From Bacteroidales bacterium (GTDB lineage: Bacteria > Bacteroidota > Bacteroidia > Bacteroidales > UBA10428): a stretch of 64,000 nt of DNA. This document shows, in pieces, positions 10,558-21,322 of the stretch. The notes under the pieces are model-generated. The model was given only the letters and a program-made list of their open reading frames with translations. It was not told the origin of the DNA and ran no database searches. How positions within the stretch are numbered: the stretch's first letter is position 1; each line of letters begins with the position of its first letter. Both the position numbers and the translations under genes were made by a program. Location: NCBI GenBank assembly GCA_046481675.1, contig JAWOJJ010000096.1:7109-71108 (forward strand). The letters are read 5' to 3'.

Positions 10558-12819
10558 ATGGAAAATTTCTACTTAGTAATTGTAATCATCCTTTTTTTAC
10601 TGGCAATCTCCGACCTGGTGGTGGGTGTGAGCAATGATGCCGTTAATTTTCTGAACTCGGCCATCGGATCCAAGACAGCGCCTTTCCGTGTTATCATGAT
10701 TATTGCAGCTGCCGGTGTTCTTGTAGGCGCCACTTTTTCCAACGGCATGATGGAAGTAGCCCGAAACGGAATTATGAATCCTTCGGTTTTTACCTTTGAA
10801 AATATTCTGATCATCTTCCTGGCCGTAATGATCACCGATGTATTGTTGCTGGATCTGTTCAACACATTCGGACTGCCCACCTCCACCACGGTTTCTGTTG
10901 TTTTTGAACTGCTTGGCGCCTCCGTGGGTATGGCACTGGTTAAAATAAGTGCTTCTGCAGAAGGCCTGGGAAGCCTGGGACAATACATCAACTCCGAGAA
11001 AACATTGCTTATCGTCACCGGCATCCTGCTTTCCGTTGCCATTTCATTTATAGTGGGAATCACGGTGCAGTATATTGCCCGGGTTATTTTCTCTTTCGAC
11101 TTCAAGAAATCGATCAGATATTTCGGATCCCTGTGGGGCGGACTGGCCATCACCGGTATTACGTATTTCCTGTTGATCAAAGGTGCCAAAGGGTCTGCCA
11201 TAATCAGCAAAGAACAGCTCGCCTGGATCTCTGAAAACACCCTGCTCATCCTGGGCATCTGCTTTGCCGGATGGACCCTGGTGCTTCAAATACTGTACTG
11301 GCTGTTCCGAATCAATGTACTCAAGGTCATCGTACTTTTCGGTACTTTTGCCCTTGCTTTTGCATTTGCCGGAAACGACCTGGTGAACTTCATCGGGGTA
11401 CCCATGGCAGGATATGAGTCATTCAAGGTGTTTTCGGCTCAAAACGCCCTCACCGGTACCGAATTCAACATGAGTGCGCTGATGGAAAGCGTGAAAACCC
11501 CTGCCGGATTCCTGCTGGCAGCAGGCACCATCATGGTGCTGGCTTTGTGGTTTTCCAAAAAAGCACGGACAGTAACCAAAACCGAATTGAACCTGGGAAG
11601 CCAGGATATCATTAACGAAAGGTTTGCCTCATCACCCGTTTCCAGAGCCATAGTGCGCATTGGCGTTCAGTTTGGTAAATTCATGTGGAAACTGGTACCC
11701 AAACGGGTGCAGACATTCCTTGAAAGCCGCTTCGATGACAAGGCTTTTAAAAAGAAAGCAAAAAAAGACAAGGGATTGTCATTCGACCTGGTACGTGCTT
11801 CGGTGAACCTGGCTGTTTCGAGCAGCCTGATCGCTTTTGCCACCTCTTACAAACTACCCCTTTCCACTACCTACGTAACCTTTATGGTGGCCATGAGCAC
11901 CTCGCTGGCCGACAGGGCCTGGGGTCGCGAAAGCGCCGTATACCGCATTTCGGGAGTGATAACTGTAATCGGAGGCTGGTTCTTCACGGCATTTGTGGCC
12001 TTTACCGGCGCATTGCTTATCGCGCTGCTGCTCAGCTGGGGCGGACCGGTGGCCATCATTGCCCTGATTTTACTTGCCATTGTATTTATCTATCGGACCC
12101 ATGTACTTCACAAAAGACGTGAAGAAGTTATTAAAGCTGCCGAAGTAGACTTCTGGGGAGATGATGCCATAACCGGTAAATCGGTGCTCACCAAATACAA
12201 CAACCGCATTGCCCTGTCTATGATCGCCACTGCCGACCTATATGAAACAGCCATTGAATCGCTGATAGCAGAAAAAAGGAAAAAGCTTGCCAAATCCGAA
12301 AAAGAAGCCCACAAACTGCGTAAGACCCTTAAAAATTACAAAAATGACGCCCATAAACTGGTTTCACGCCTCGAGGGAAGCGATCTGGCCGATGACGGTG
12401 AATACTATTTCCAGATGCTCGATCACATGAATGAGGTATCGCATTACCTGAACAACATTATTGAACCTGCTTACATCCATGTCGACAACAACCACGCGCC
12501 CCTGCACAAATCCGATGCCGATGAGCTGAATGAATTCGCCGGCCGGGCTGTTAAATACCTGAAAAAAGCAAAAAACTGTATAGAATCGGGTAAGTACGGA
12601 AGCCCCCAGGAAGATGCCGAAATGCTGCAAAGTCTTGATGATATGCTGTCCGACATGCGAAAAAAGCACCTGAAACGATTTAAGGCGGGTCATATAAGTA
12701 CCAGCGTAAGCTTGCTCTACCTCGACATGCTGGCCGAATCCAAAAACATGCTGATGAACGTATCCAACCTGGTGAAAACCTCAAGGGCCTTCATCGCTTC
12801 ACAGCTGGCCCTGAAATAA
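10558..12819 (+). CDS. Inorganic phosphate transporter (PiT family) with C-terminal PhoU-like helical domain
   Basis: Two PiT signature repeats (GVSNDAVNF..GLPTSTT and AGNDLVNF..LPLSTT), many TM helices, and a soluble helical C-terminus (HVDNNH.PL). Confidence 0.9.
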   Translation: MENFYLVIVIILFLLAISDLVVGVSNDAVNFLNSAIGSKTAPFRVIMIIAAAGVLVGATFSNGMMEVARNGIMNPSVFTFENILIIFLAVMITDVLLLDLFNTFGLPTSTTVSVVFELLGASVGMALVKISASAEGLGSLGQYINSEKTLLIVTGILLSVAISFIVGITVQYIARVIFSFDFKKSIRYFGSLWGGLAITGITYFLLIKGAKGSAIISKEQLAWISENTLLILGICFAGWTLVLQILYWLFRINVLKVIVLFGTFALAFAFAGNDLVNFIGVPMAGYESFKVFSAQNALTGTEFNMSALMESVKTPAGFLLAAGTIMVLALWFSKKARTVTKTELNLGSQDIINERFASSPVSRAIVRIGVQFGKFMWKLVPKRVQTFLESRFDDKAFKKKAKKDKGLSFDLVRASVNLAVSSSLIAFATSYKLPLSTTYVTFMVAMSTSLADRAWGRESAVYRISGVITVIGGWFFTAFVAFTGALLIALLLSWGGPVAIIALILLAIVFIYRTHVLHKRREEVIKAAEVDFWGDDAITGKSVLTKYNNRIALSMIATADLYETAIESLIAEKRKKLAKSEKEAHKLRKTLKNYKNDAHKLVSRLEGSDLADDGEYYFQMLDHMNEVSHYLNNIIEPAYIHVDNNHAPLHKSDADELNEFAGRAVKYLKKAKNCIESGKYGSPQEDAEMLQSLDDMLSDMRKKHLKRFKAGHISTSVSLLYLDMLAESKNMLMNVSNLVKTSRAFIASQLALK

Positions 12820-13732
12820 AACTGAGGTTTCCTTTTAAGCCGCTGAGACCGGTTCGCTTAACGGCAGACCGGGCAAAAAGTTTCTCATATTGCTGCTCAT
12901 CCAGATGATGCCAGTCGCTACGGGTCATTGCCATCAAGCGGGGTGCGGGTTTGAATTCATTTAGGCTGTGAGCCGCAGCCTTCCGGTTCCAGGGGCACAC
13001 GTCCTGGCAGATATCACATCCGAAAACCCGGTTCATCATGCTGCCTTTGAATTCCTGATCAATTTCTCCTTTGTTTTCAATGGTAAGGTAGGATATGCAG
13101 CGCCGCGCATCCAACCGGTAAGGCGCAACCAGTGCGCCGGTGGGACAGGCATCAATGCAGCGTGTGCAGGTGCCGCAATAACCTGTAACGGGTTTGTCGT
13201 AATGAAGCGGGATATCAACAACAAGTTCGCCAATAAAAATGAAGGACCCCAGTTTTTTGCTGATCAGGCAGGTGTTCTTCCCGATCCAGCCCAGACCCGA
13301 CCTGGCGGCCCATGCTTTTTCAAGAACCGGAGCCGAATCAACAAAGTACCTTCCGGTAACAGGGGCAACCGATTCATGGATGAAACGAAATAAAAGCTTC
13401 AGTTTTTTACGGATCACCCGGTGATAGTCTTCACCGTAGGCATATTTTGAAAGTACCGGGGCTTCGGGATCCTGCTGGTGTGCAGCGGGGAAATAGTTGA
13501 TCAGAACTGAAATAACTGATTTTGCACCGGGAACCAGCCGGGTGAGGTCAACACGCTTATCCGCATGGTTTTCCATGTAGCTCATGCAGCCTTGAAAACC
13601 CCGGTTGAGCCAGCTTTTCAGATAATCACGCTCATCTTCGAGACAGGCAGCAGGGGAAATGCCGCAGGCGTCAAAACCCAGCCTGCCGGCTTCCGTCTTG
13701 ATCATGGATGATTGACTGAATAATTCATCCAT
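12791..13732 (-). CDS. queG: tRNA epoxyqueuosine(34) reductase
   Basis: YAYGEDYH, VDSAPVLEK, GLGWIGKN, CGTCTRCIDACPT, CISYLTIE and FGCDICQDVCPWN motifs. Confidence 0.95.
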   Translation of the reverse strand: MDELFSQSSMIKTEAGRLGFDACGISPAACLEDERDYLKSWLNRGFQGCMSYMENHADKRVDLTRLVPGAKSVISVLINYFPAAHQQDPEAPVLSKYAYGEDYHRVIRKKLKLLFRFIHESVAPVTGRYFVDSAPVLEKAWAARSGLGWIGKNTCLISKKLGSFIFIGELVVDIPLHYDKPVTGYCGTCTRCIDACPTGALVAPYRLDARRCISYLTIENKGEIDQEFKGSMMNRVFGCDICQDVCPWNRKAAAHSLNEFKPAPRLMAMTRSDWHHLDEQQYEKLFARSAVKRTGLSGLKGNLSFISGPAVKR

Positions 13733-13743
13733 GGATGTTGCTC

Positions 13744-16700
13744 TTAAAGTTTCTTCTTGACTTCGGTGGTTTCGTAACCTTCAATAATATCTCCGGCGCG
13801 GATGTCGTTGAAGTTTTCAACATTCAAACCACATTCCTGTCCGATCACCGCCTCTTTCACGTCATCCTTGAAACGTTTCAGGGATGCCAGTTTACCTGTA
13901 TGAACTACAATGCCATCACGGATGATCCTGATCCGGGTGTCGCGCCTGATCTTGCCTTCTTTCACCATACAGCCGGCAATGGTGCCAACCTTGGTTATTT
14001 TGAAAGCCTCAAGAATCTCGAGTGTAGCCACGATATCTTCTTTGATTTCAGGTGACAGCATACCTTCCATAGCCGACTTGATTTCATTGATGGCATCATA
14101 GATAATGCTGTAGAGCCTGATGTCGATCTCTTCCTTTTCGGCAAGTTTGCGGGCCTGCATGGAAGGACGCACCTGGAAGCCAATTACAATGGCATTGGAA
14201 GCAGCAGCCAGCAACACGTCACTTTCGGATATCTGACCTACCGCTTTGTGGATCACATTCACCTGTATTTCTTCATTGGAAAGTTTGATCAGTGAATCAG
14301 AAAGTGCTTCAATGGATCCGTCCACATCACCCTTTACAATTACATTGAGTTCCTTGAAATTGCCGATGGCAATACGCCGGCCAATCTCATCCAGTGTAAT
14401 GTGTTTCTGGGTACGCAAACCCTGCTCACGCAACAATTGTTCACGCTTGTTGGCTATATCTTTGGCGTCCTTTTCACTTTCATAAACATTGAACTTGTCG
14501 CCAGCCTGCGGTGCACCATTCAATCCAAGTATCAGCACCGGATCTGAAGGGCCGGCTACGGTGATTTTCTTTCCCCTCTCGTCGTACATGGCCTTTACCC
14601 TGCCAAAGTTATGTCCGGCAAGCACCACGTCTCCCACATGTAAAGTTCCGTTCTGAACCAATACGGTAGCCACATAACCTCTTCCCTTATCCAGAGATGA
14701 TTCAATAATGGTACCCATTGCAGGTTTATTCGGATTTGCTTTGAGATTCAGATACTCAGCTTCAAGCAGCACCTTTTCCAGCAATTCTTCTATGTTCAAT
14801 CCGGTTTTTGCAGAGATTTCCTGCGACTGGAATTTTCCGCCCCAGTCTTCAACCAAAATATTCATCTTAGCCAGCGATTCCTTAATTTTCTCAGAATTGG
14901 CTGTTGGCTTGTCAATTTTATTTATTGCGAATACCATGGGCACACCGGCAGCCTGGGCGTGGTTGATTGCTTCAACCGTTTGTGGCATGATCCCGTCATC
15001 AGCAGCCACAACAATTATGGCCACATCTGTGATTTGTGCTCCGCGGGCCCTCATTGCAGTAAATGCCTCATGTCCGGGAGTATCCAGGAATGAGATCTGC
15101 CTGCCGCCTTTGAGTTCAACACCATAAGCACCTATGTGCTGTGTGATACCTCCGGCCTCACCTGCAATTACATTGGCATGCCTGATGTGGTCAAGAAGCT
15201 TGGTTTTTCCATGGTCAACGTGCCCCATAACAGTTACAATAGGAGGTCTGGGTACAAGATTCTCAGGATCTTCCTCCTCTTCAACTTCCTCTTCCTGCGT
15301 ATCTACGGTAACAAATTCCACCTTGTAACTGAATTCCTCGGCTACAAGCACCAGGGCTTCAGCGTCCAGCCGCTGGTTGATGGATACAAACAAACCAAGG
15401 CTCATGCATGCAGCAATCACTTCATTAACAGGCGCTCCCATCAATGTAGCCAATTCATTTACCGTTACAAACTCGGTAACTTTAAGAACATTCTTTTCCT
15501 GTTCTCTTCTTTCCTCTTCAGCCAGGTTACGCTGGCTGGCGATATCGCGCTTTTCCTTCCGGTACTTGGCACCTTTTGATGACCTGCCCTTAGTGGTCAA
15601 CCGGGCAAAAGTATCCTTAATCTGCTTGTCAACATCTTCTTCGCTGATTTCAAACCGGTAACCCTTACGCTTTTTCTTCTTCTTATTATCTTTAGAAGCA
15701 TCTGCAGCGGGCGCCTTGCCAGGCTGCTTTTCAACGCTCACGCGCTGTGTATCTTTCTTAATGCGCTTTCTTTTCTTCTTTTGTGCAGCATCATCCGATT
15801 CGGACGCTTTACCGGGAAGTTCCATTTTGCCAACAACCTTCGGCCCATCCAATCTTTCAGCTCTTGCCTTGATTACTTCAGGTTGCGGTCTTTCGGATCG
15901 TGTTGAACCTGTTTCCGCCTTATCTTTTGACCTGGTTTCTACGTTATCTGACTCCCTCTGCTGGATGTTTCTGCTCTTCCTTTCTTTCTCCAGCTGTTCC
16001 CTGGTCTTTTTAGCAGGCCGGGTTCGCTGATTCATGGAATCCAGATCAATCCTCCCCACCACCTTCACTTCTACATCTTTGATCTCTTGTTTCATGAAGA
16101 TTTCTTCTTTCGCAGAAGCAACAACTTCCTCAACTTTGGGCGCTTTTTCGGGAGGAGCCTGAATTACAGGCTCTTCAGATTTTTTATCTGCAACAGGAGT
16201 CACAGCAGGTTCCTTCGGAACAGGCACTTCACTAACTTCAGTGGCAACCTTAGCTTCTTTGCCTTCTTTGGTTCCTTTGGTTTCTTTAGCTTCTTTAGTT
16301 TCTTTAGTTTCTTTGGCAATTCTGGCTTCTTTGGCCTCTTTGGCCTCTTTTGCTTCTTTGGCTACTTTGGCCTCTTTATCTTCCCTGGCTTCTTTTGCCT
16401 CTTTGACTTCCTTTTCCTCCTTTTTTGGCTGCTTTTTGGAGGGACCAAGTTTTTCTACATCAATCTTACCAAGTACATTGATTTTTATTGTTTCCTTTTC
16501 CGCAACACGCTCCGGTTCAGGCTCATGGTGAGTGGGCCGGAGATCTTTTACAAAAACCTCATCTTCCTCTTCCGGTTTTTCATGGTCAGCACCATGCGGC
16601 ATATCGGTAAGGGAAACCGTTTCAAGTTTTTCTCTCTTGTTGCGTAAATTCAGTTTCTCCGACTCTTTTTTCGCGTTAAGGTCAGTACTAAATTCCTTTA

Positions 16701-16851
16701 ACAGCAGCTCATACTGTTCTGAAGTGATTTTTTCATTCGGACTCGAATCAATCTTCACTCCTTTCTTATGCAGGAAATCCACAATAGTGGATATGCCCAC
16801 ATTGAGCTCCCTGGCAATCTTATTTAATCGTGTAGTTTTAGTATCTGACAT
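13744..16851 (-). CDS. infB: Translation initiation factor IF-2
   Basis: N-terminal [12 protein letters not shown]-domain [16 protein letters not shown] and NKID, and C-terminal [15 protein letters not shown]. Confidence 0.99.
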   Translation of the reverse strand: MSDTKTTRLNKIARELNVGISTIVDFLHKKGVKIDSSPNEKITSEQYELLLKEFSTDLNAKKESEKLNLRNKREKLETVSLTDMPHGADHEKPEEEDEVFVKDLRPTHHEPEPERVAEKETIKINVLGKIDVEKLGPSKKQPKKEEKEVKEAKEAREDKEAKVAKEAKEAKEAKEARIAKETKETKEAKETKGTKEGKEAKVATEVSEVPVPKEPAVTPVADKKSEEPVIQAPPEKAPKVEEVVASAKEEIFMKQEIKDVEVKVVGRIDLDSMNQRTRPAKKTREQLEKERKSRNIQQRESDNVETRSKDKAETGSTRSERPQPEVIKARAERLDGPKVVGKMELPGKASESDDAAQKKKRKRIKKDTQRVSVEKQPGKAPAADASKDNKKKKKRKGYRFEISEEDVDKQIKDTFARLTTKGRSSKGAKYRKEKRDIASQRNLAEEERREQEKNVLKVTEFVTVNELATLMGAPVNEVIAACMSLGLFVSINQRLDAEALVLVAEEFSYKVEFVTVDTQEEEVEEEEDPENLVPRPPIVTVMGHVDHGKTKLLDHIRHANVIAGEAGGITQHIGAYGVELKGGRQISFLDTPGHEAFTAMRARGAQITDVAIIVVAADDGIMPQTVEAINHAQAAGVPMVFAINKIDKPTANSEKIKESLAKMNILVEDWGGKFQSQEISAKTGLNIEELLEKVLLEAEYLNLKANPNKPAMGTIIESSLDKGRGYVATVLVQNGTLHVGDVVLAGHNFGRVKAMYDERGKKITVAGPSDPVLILGLNGAPQAGDKFNVYESEKDAKDIANKREQLLREQGLRTQKHITLDEIGRRIAIGNFKELNVIVKGDVDGSIEALSDSLIKLSNEEIQVNVIHKAVGQISESDVLLAAASNAIVIGFQVRPSMQARKLAEKEEIDIRLYSIIYDAINEIKSAMEGMLSPEIKEDIVATLEILEAFKITKVGTIAGCMVKEGKIRRDTRIRIIRDGIVVHTGKLASLKRFKDDVKEAVIGQECGLNVENFNDIRAGDIIEGYETTEVKKKL
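16241..16420 (-). repeat. 9-bp tandem repeat encoding (KEA/KET)n in the IF-2 linker
   Basis: The translation [54 protein letters not shown] corresponds to plus-strand TCTTTGGCY-like units. Boundaries are approximate. Confidence 0.8.
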
Positions 16852-16919
16852 CCGCTGATTTTAGTTGTTTTTGCAAGGCCAAAATTAGTAAATCATTCAA
16901 TACAAAATAATCTGTTGAA

Positions 16920-18158
16920 CTATTCAAATTCAGCCTTCAGTATTTTGAGAACTTCTTTAATGGTTTCCTCTTCCAGGTCGGTGCGTTTAACCAGGTCGTC
17001 CATATTCAGGTTCAGAACACTCCGGGCCGTGTCGCAGCCGATGGCTTTCAACTCGTCAATGATCCAGCCGTCAATTTCATCGGAAAATTCATCGAGATTC
17101 ACATCTTCCTCATCAGCCAGATCCGTCTCGCGGTAAACATCAATCTCATACCCGGTGAGCTGGCTGGCCAGTTTGATATTCAGTCCGCCCTTCCCGATAG
17201 CCAGTGAAACCTCATTGGGTTTGAGGTATACGTCCGCTTTCTTGTTCTTCTCATCAATCTTGATGGATGATATCTTGGCCGGACTTAAGGCACGCGTGAT
17301 AAACAGCTGCAGATTACTGGTGTAATTGATCACATCAATGTTTTCATTTTTCAATTCCCTCACGATGCCATGAATTCTTGAACCCTTCATACCAACGCAG
17401 GCGCCTACAGGATCAATACGCTCATCATACGACTCAACAGCAACCTTGGCTCTTTCACCGGGGATGCGTACAATCTTCTTGATGATGATCAGACCGTCAA
17501 ATATTTCTGGAACCTCAAGTTCAAACAACCGCTCCAGGAAAATGGGTGATGTACGCGAAAGAATAATCAGCGGGGTGTTGTTCCGCATTTCAACCCGCAC
17601 TACCACAGCCCTGATGCTGTCGCCCTTACGGAAATAATCGGTGGGTATCTGCTCGGTTTTGGGCAGAATCAGTTCATTGCCCTCCTCATCCAGCACCAGG
17701 ATTTCCCTTTTCCAAACCTGGTAAATCTCGCCGGTTATGATATCTCCAATGCGGTCGCGATATTTCTGAAATATGTTGTTCTTCTCCAATTCGAGGATCC
17801 GTGCAGTCAGATTCTGCCGGAGCGCCAGGATGGCACGTCTTCCAAAATCCAACAGCTTTACCTCATCGGTAACCTCTTCACCCAACTCGTAATCCTCATC
17901 AATTAATTTGGCCTCAGCAAGTGAAATCTGCTGGTTTGGATCAGTCACTTCTCCGTTTTCCACCACCTCCCGGTTTCTCCATATCTCAAAATCGCCTTTG
18001 TCAATATTGATAATGATATCATAATTGTCAGCCGACCCGAACATTTTTACCAGCATGCCGCGGAAAACATCTTCAAGCACACTCATCATGGTGGCCCTGT
18101 CAATGCTTTTCAGTTCCTTAAACTCCGAAAACGTTTCGATCAAATTAAGGTTTTCCAT
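16920..18158 (-). CDS. nusA: Transcription termination/antitermination factor NusA
   Basis: S1 and KH motifs (LFELEVPEI, RAKVAV, IDPVGACVG.KGSRI, AIGKGGLN) in the rimP-nusA-infB order. Confidence 0.99.
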   Translation of the reverse strand: MENLNLIETFSEFKELKSIDRATMMSVLEDVFRGMLVKMFGSADNYDIIINIDKGDFEIWRNREVVENGEVTDPNQQISLAEAKLIDEDYELGEEVTDEVKLLDFGRRAILALRQNLTARILELEKNNIFQKYRDRIGDIITGEIYQVWKREILVLDEEGNELILPKTEQIPTDYFRKGDSIRAVVVRVEMRNNTPLIILSRTSPIFLERLFELEVPEIFDGLIIIKKIVRIPGERAKVAVESYDERIDPVGACVGMKGSRIHGIVRELKNENIDVINYTSNLQLFITRALSPAKISSIKIDEKNKKADVYLKPNEVSLAIGKGGLNIKLASQLTGYEIDVYRETDLADEEDVNLDEFSDEIDGWIIDELKAIGCDTARSVLNLNMDDLVKRTDLEEETIKEVLKILKAEFE

Positions 18159-18166
18159 GTTTTATT

Positions 18167-18640
18167 TTACTTTTTTAAACTAATTATAACTTTTGCAGTT
18201 TTAATCTCATCAAATCTCAGTTCCAGTATCGCCTGTTCCTTTTTCTTTTTGCCGGTTTTGCTGTCTTTAACAGTTTTTTCCGCCTCCAGCCTGATACCGC
18301 CTTGCGGGAAAACTTCAGCCAGCTTGCCGGAAATCTTGCTCCCGTCGGTTTTCACTACATCCAGCATTCTGCCAAGGTTTTTTTCATACTGAACCGGCAA
18401 CTTAAGCGGTTTGTCGAGCCCGGGTGAAGACACTTCCAGTTCAAAATCCTCAACCTCACGATCCAGCTTGCTCTCCAGGAATCGGCTCACCTGTATACAC
18501 TCATCCAGCGTAACTCCTTTCAGGCTGTCCATGTACACCGCAATTTTGTTTCCGGGGCTCACCGTAACGTCCACCAGGAATTTTCCGCTTTGAGCCAGCT
18601 CTTCCTCCAGGTAACTTCTGATTAATGCAGTTTTAATCAT
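18167..18640 (-). CDS. rimP: Ribosome maturation factor RimP
   Basis: C..VSR and FELEVSSPGLD.PL motifs, first gene of the nusA operon. Confidence 0.95.
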   Translation of the reverse strand: MIKTALIRSYLEEELAQSGKFLVDVTVSPGNKIAVYMDSLKGVTLDECIQVSRFLESKLDREVEDFELEVSSPGLDKPLKLPVQYEKNLGRMLDVVKTDGSKISGKLAEVFPQGGIRLEAEKTVKDSKTGKKKKEQAILELRFDEIKTAKVIISLKK

Positions 18641-18661
18641 GGTCAGGCAGTCCTAATAAAA

Positions 18662-18709
18662 TAGGGGACTGAAGTGTCCCCTACCCTGATAAAATTCGTC
18701 GCAAAGATA
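18662..18709 (-). promoter_or_regulatory. rimP operon promoter (-7 TATCTTTG) and leader hairpin
   Basis: Minus-strand TATCTTTG at 18709-18702, with hairpin TAGGGGAC-N6-GTCCCCTA at 18662-18683 in the 5' UTR. Confidence 0.65.
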
Positions 18710-18820
18710 TAAATAATAATTGAATATGCAAAACAGTGCAAAAGTGTATGATAAATCCTGTTGATTATATGAAGGATTATTCAGTAATTTGTAACCCATC
18801 CCGTAATTTGATCAGGATAC

Positions 18821-20080
18821 ATGCCAGTTGCTTCTGTTAACATGAACAAACGAAAGATCGTTAACGATCCGGTACACGGATTCATCATCATTCCCACCGA
18901 TTTCATTTTTGATCTGCTGGAACATCCCTACCTGCAAAGACTGCGCAGGATCAAACAACTCGGCCTCACCAGCTTTGTATATCCAGGTGCCACCCACACC
19001 CGCTTTCAGCATGCACTTGGCGCCGTACACCTGATGAGCCTGGCTATTGAGAATTTGCGGCAAAAAGGAACCGATATTTCAGAGGAAGAAGCTGAAGCGG
19101 TTACTGCGGCAATACTGCTTCATGACATAGGGCACGGGCCATTTTCCCACGCTCTTGAAGAAAGCATCATTCCCGGCATCTCGCACGAAAGCCTCACGGT
19201 GATGCTGATGAACAACCTGAATGAGGAGTTCGGGGGAAGGCTCGATTTGGCCATCCGCATCTTTAATAACGACTACAGCAAGAAGTTCCTGCACCAGCTG
19301 GTATCGGGGCAATTGGATATGGACAGGATGGATTACCTCATGCGCGACAGCTTTTATGCAGGTGTTGCCGAAGGTACCATTGGCACCGAAAGGATCATTA
19401 AAATGCTCAACGTGGTCAGCGGGCAACTGGTGGTTGAAGCCAAGGGCATTTATTCCATAGAGAAATTCCTGATTGCCCGGCGCCTGATGTATTGGCAGGT
19501 ATACTATCATAAAACCGTTATTGCAGCTGAAAACCTGCTCGTTAAACTGCTCAAACGCGCCAAAGAAATAGCAGTTACCGATTCCGGTCTCTTTGCCACT
19601 AACTCCCTGAATTACTTTCTGAAACAGAATATCCGGAAAAAAGAACTGGAAACCTCCCGGCAGGAAGTCCTCCACCATTTTGCAAACCTGGATGACGATG
19701 ATGTTATGGCATCTGCAAAATCGTGGATGACCCATCCCGACAGGCTGCTTTCAGCCATGTCGGGGAATCTTACCCGGCGCATCCTCCCGAGAGTTAAAAC
19801 CAGTGATGAGCCTTTCAGCGAAATCAGGCTTGATGAACTCAGAAATGCAGCAGGTAAAAAATACCGGATGAACCGGCAGGAAACCGATTACCTGGTTTTC
19901 TCAGGCCTGATCGCCAATAAGGCATACAGCGAAAAGTCCGATACCATCCGGATCTCATACAATACCGGTGAAATGAAAGACCTTTCCGAGGCCTCTGATA
20001 TATTTCATCTACAGAACCTTATGGAGACCAAGAAAAAATATTTCCTGTGTTATCCCAAAGATCTTGGGTTAAATTACTAA
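18821..20080 (+). CDS. HD-domain phosphohydrolase (dNTP triphosphohydrolase-like)
   Basis: NDPVHG, QRLRRIKQLG, HTRFQH, LLHDIGHGPFSH, LDMDRMDYL.RD and MYWQVY.HK motifs, upstream of lpxD. An alternative start is at 18842. Confidence 0.9.
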   Translation: MPVASVNMNKRKIVNDPVHGFIIIPTDFIFDLLEHPYLQRLRRIKQLGLTSFVYPGATHTRFQHALGAVHLMSLAIENLRQKGTDISEEEAEAVTAAILLHDIGHGPFSHALEESIIPGISHESLTVMLMNNLNEEFGGRLDLAIRIFNNDYSKKFLHQLVSGQLDMDRMDYLMRDSFYAGVAEGTIGTERIIKMLNVVSGQLVVEAKGIYSIEKFLIARRLMYWQVYYHKTVIAAENLLVKLLKRAKEIAVTDSGLFATNSLNYFLKQNIRKKELETSRQEVLHHFANLDDDDVMASAKSWMTHPDRLLSAMSGNLTRRILPRVKTSDEPFSEIRLDELRNAAGKKYRMNRQETDYLVFSGLIANKAYSEKSDTIRISYNTGEMKDLSEASDIFHLQNLMETKKKYFLCYPKDLGLNY

Positions 20081-20108
20081 TTTTGTGCCCGGCGAAAACT
20101 AAATACGC

Positions 20109-21149
20109 ATGAAGGTTACTGCTAAAATTGTTGCTGATTTTACCAAAGGTGAACTGATCGGAAATCCTGACGAAGTTGTTACAGATGTTTCCAAAATAGA
20201 AGAAGGCAAAAAAGGCACCCTGGCTTTTCTGGCCAACCGAAAATATGAGAAGTACCTATACACTACGGAAGCTTCCATTGTTCTGATCAACAAGGATTTT
20301 CCCGTTGACGGGAATGTCAAGCCTACCCTGATCCGGGTTGACAACGCTTATGACGCATTCACCTCACTTCTTGAACTTTACACCAAAATGATCCCTGAGA
20401 AAAAGGGAATTGAACAACCTTCATTCATCGATCCTACGGCCAAAACCGGTGAAAACGTTTACATTGGCGCCTTTTCTTATATTGGTCCCGGAGTAACACT
20501 TGGTAATAACGTGAAAATATATCCCCAGTGTTACATTGGCGACTTCACCCAGGTTCAGGACAACACCGTCATCTATCCCGGTGTCCGCATTTACCACGGT
20601 TGTTATGTCGGACGCAATTGTACCATTCATTCCGGCGTTGTCATAGGGGGAGATGGCTTTGGATTTGTGCAGCAACCCGACCAGCAATACCGGAAAATAC
20701 CGCAGGTGGGCAATGTGATCATCGAAGATAACGTGGAAATCGGGTCCAATGTCACCATTGACCGGGCTACCATGGGATCAACCATCATCCGCAAAGGTGT
20801 TAAATTCGACAACCTCATCCAGATCGGGCACAACGTGGAGGTTGGTGAAAACACCGTCGTCGTTTCCCAGGCAGGCATTGCCGGATCCACCAAGGTAGGG
20901 AGAAATTGTCAGATTGGCGGTCAGGTAGGTCTCGCCGGACACCTCAAAATTGGCGATAATGTTAAAATAGGTGCCCAGTCGGGTGTCAGCAACAACCTCA
21001 AAGAAGGAGAAACGGTGCTTGGTTCTCCGGCCCTCGATGTGACCAGGCAAATCAAAGCCATGATCGTTTACAAATCGCTCCCCGAAATGAGCAGACGTAT
21101 TTCGGAACTTGAAAAGGAAATTAAAAAACTGAAAGAAGCAGGAGAATAA
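20109..21149 (+). CDS. lpxD: UDP-3-O-(3-hydroxymyristoyl)glucosamine N-acyltransferase
   Basis: Hexapeptide repeats, IGGDGFGF, KIPQVGNV, IDRATMG and DNLIQIGHN. A -7 element TAATTTTG is at 20078. Confidence 0.97.
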   Translation: MKVTAKIVADFTKGELIGNPDEVVTDVSKIEEGKKGTLAFLANRKYEKYLYTTEASIVLINKDFPVDGNVKPTLIRVDNAYDAFTSLLELYTKMIPEKKGIEQPSFIDPTAKTGENVYIGAFSYIGPGVTLGNNVKIYPQCYIGDFTQVQDNTVIYPGVRIYHGCYVGRNCTIHSGVVIGGDGFGFVQQPDQQYRKIPQVGNVIIEDNVEIGSNVTIDRATMGSTIIRKGVKFDNLIQIGHNVEVGENTVVVSQAGIAGSTKVGRNCQIGGQVGLAGHLKIGDNVKIGAQSGVSNNLKEGETVLGSPALDVTRQIKAMIVYKSLPEMSRRISELEKEIKKLKEAGE

Positions 21150-21322
21150 AGTTTCCGATCCTGAATTCGCCACCCACACCTCAAAAACCGCAACTGATCC
21201 GGATTAATCCGTTGTTTACCTCCCTGATATCCAACCTCAACCTATAAACATATCTTGCTATTAAATAATTTTTTATAATTTCGCCCAGTTTTAATATTGG
21301 TGTAATACTAGCAAAACAATAA

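Noticed and set aside
16087-16858. Phe-rich and Ser/Leu/Ala-rich ORFs opposite infB
   Set aside because: They are antisense frames of the KEA repeat region.
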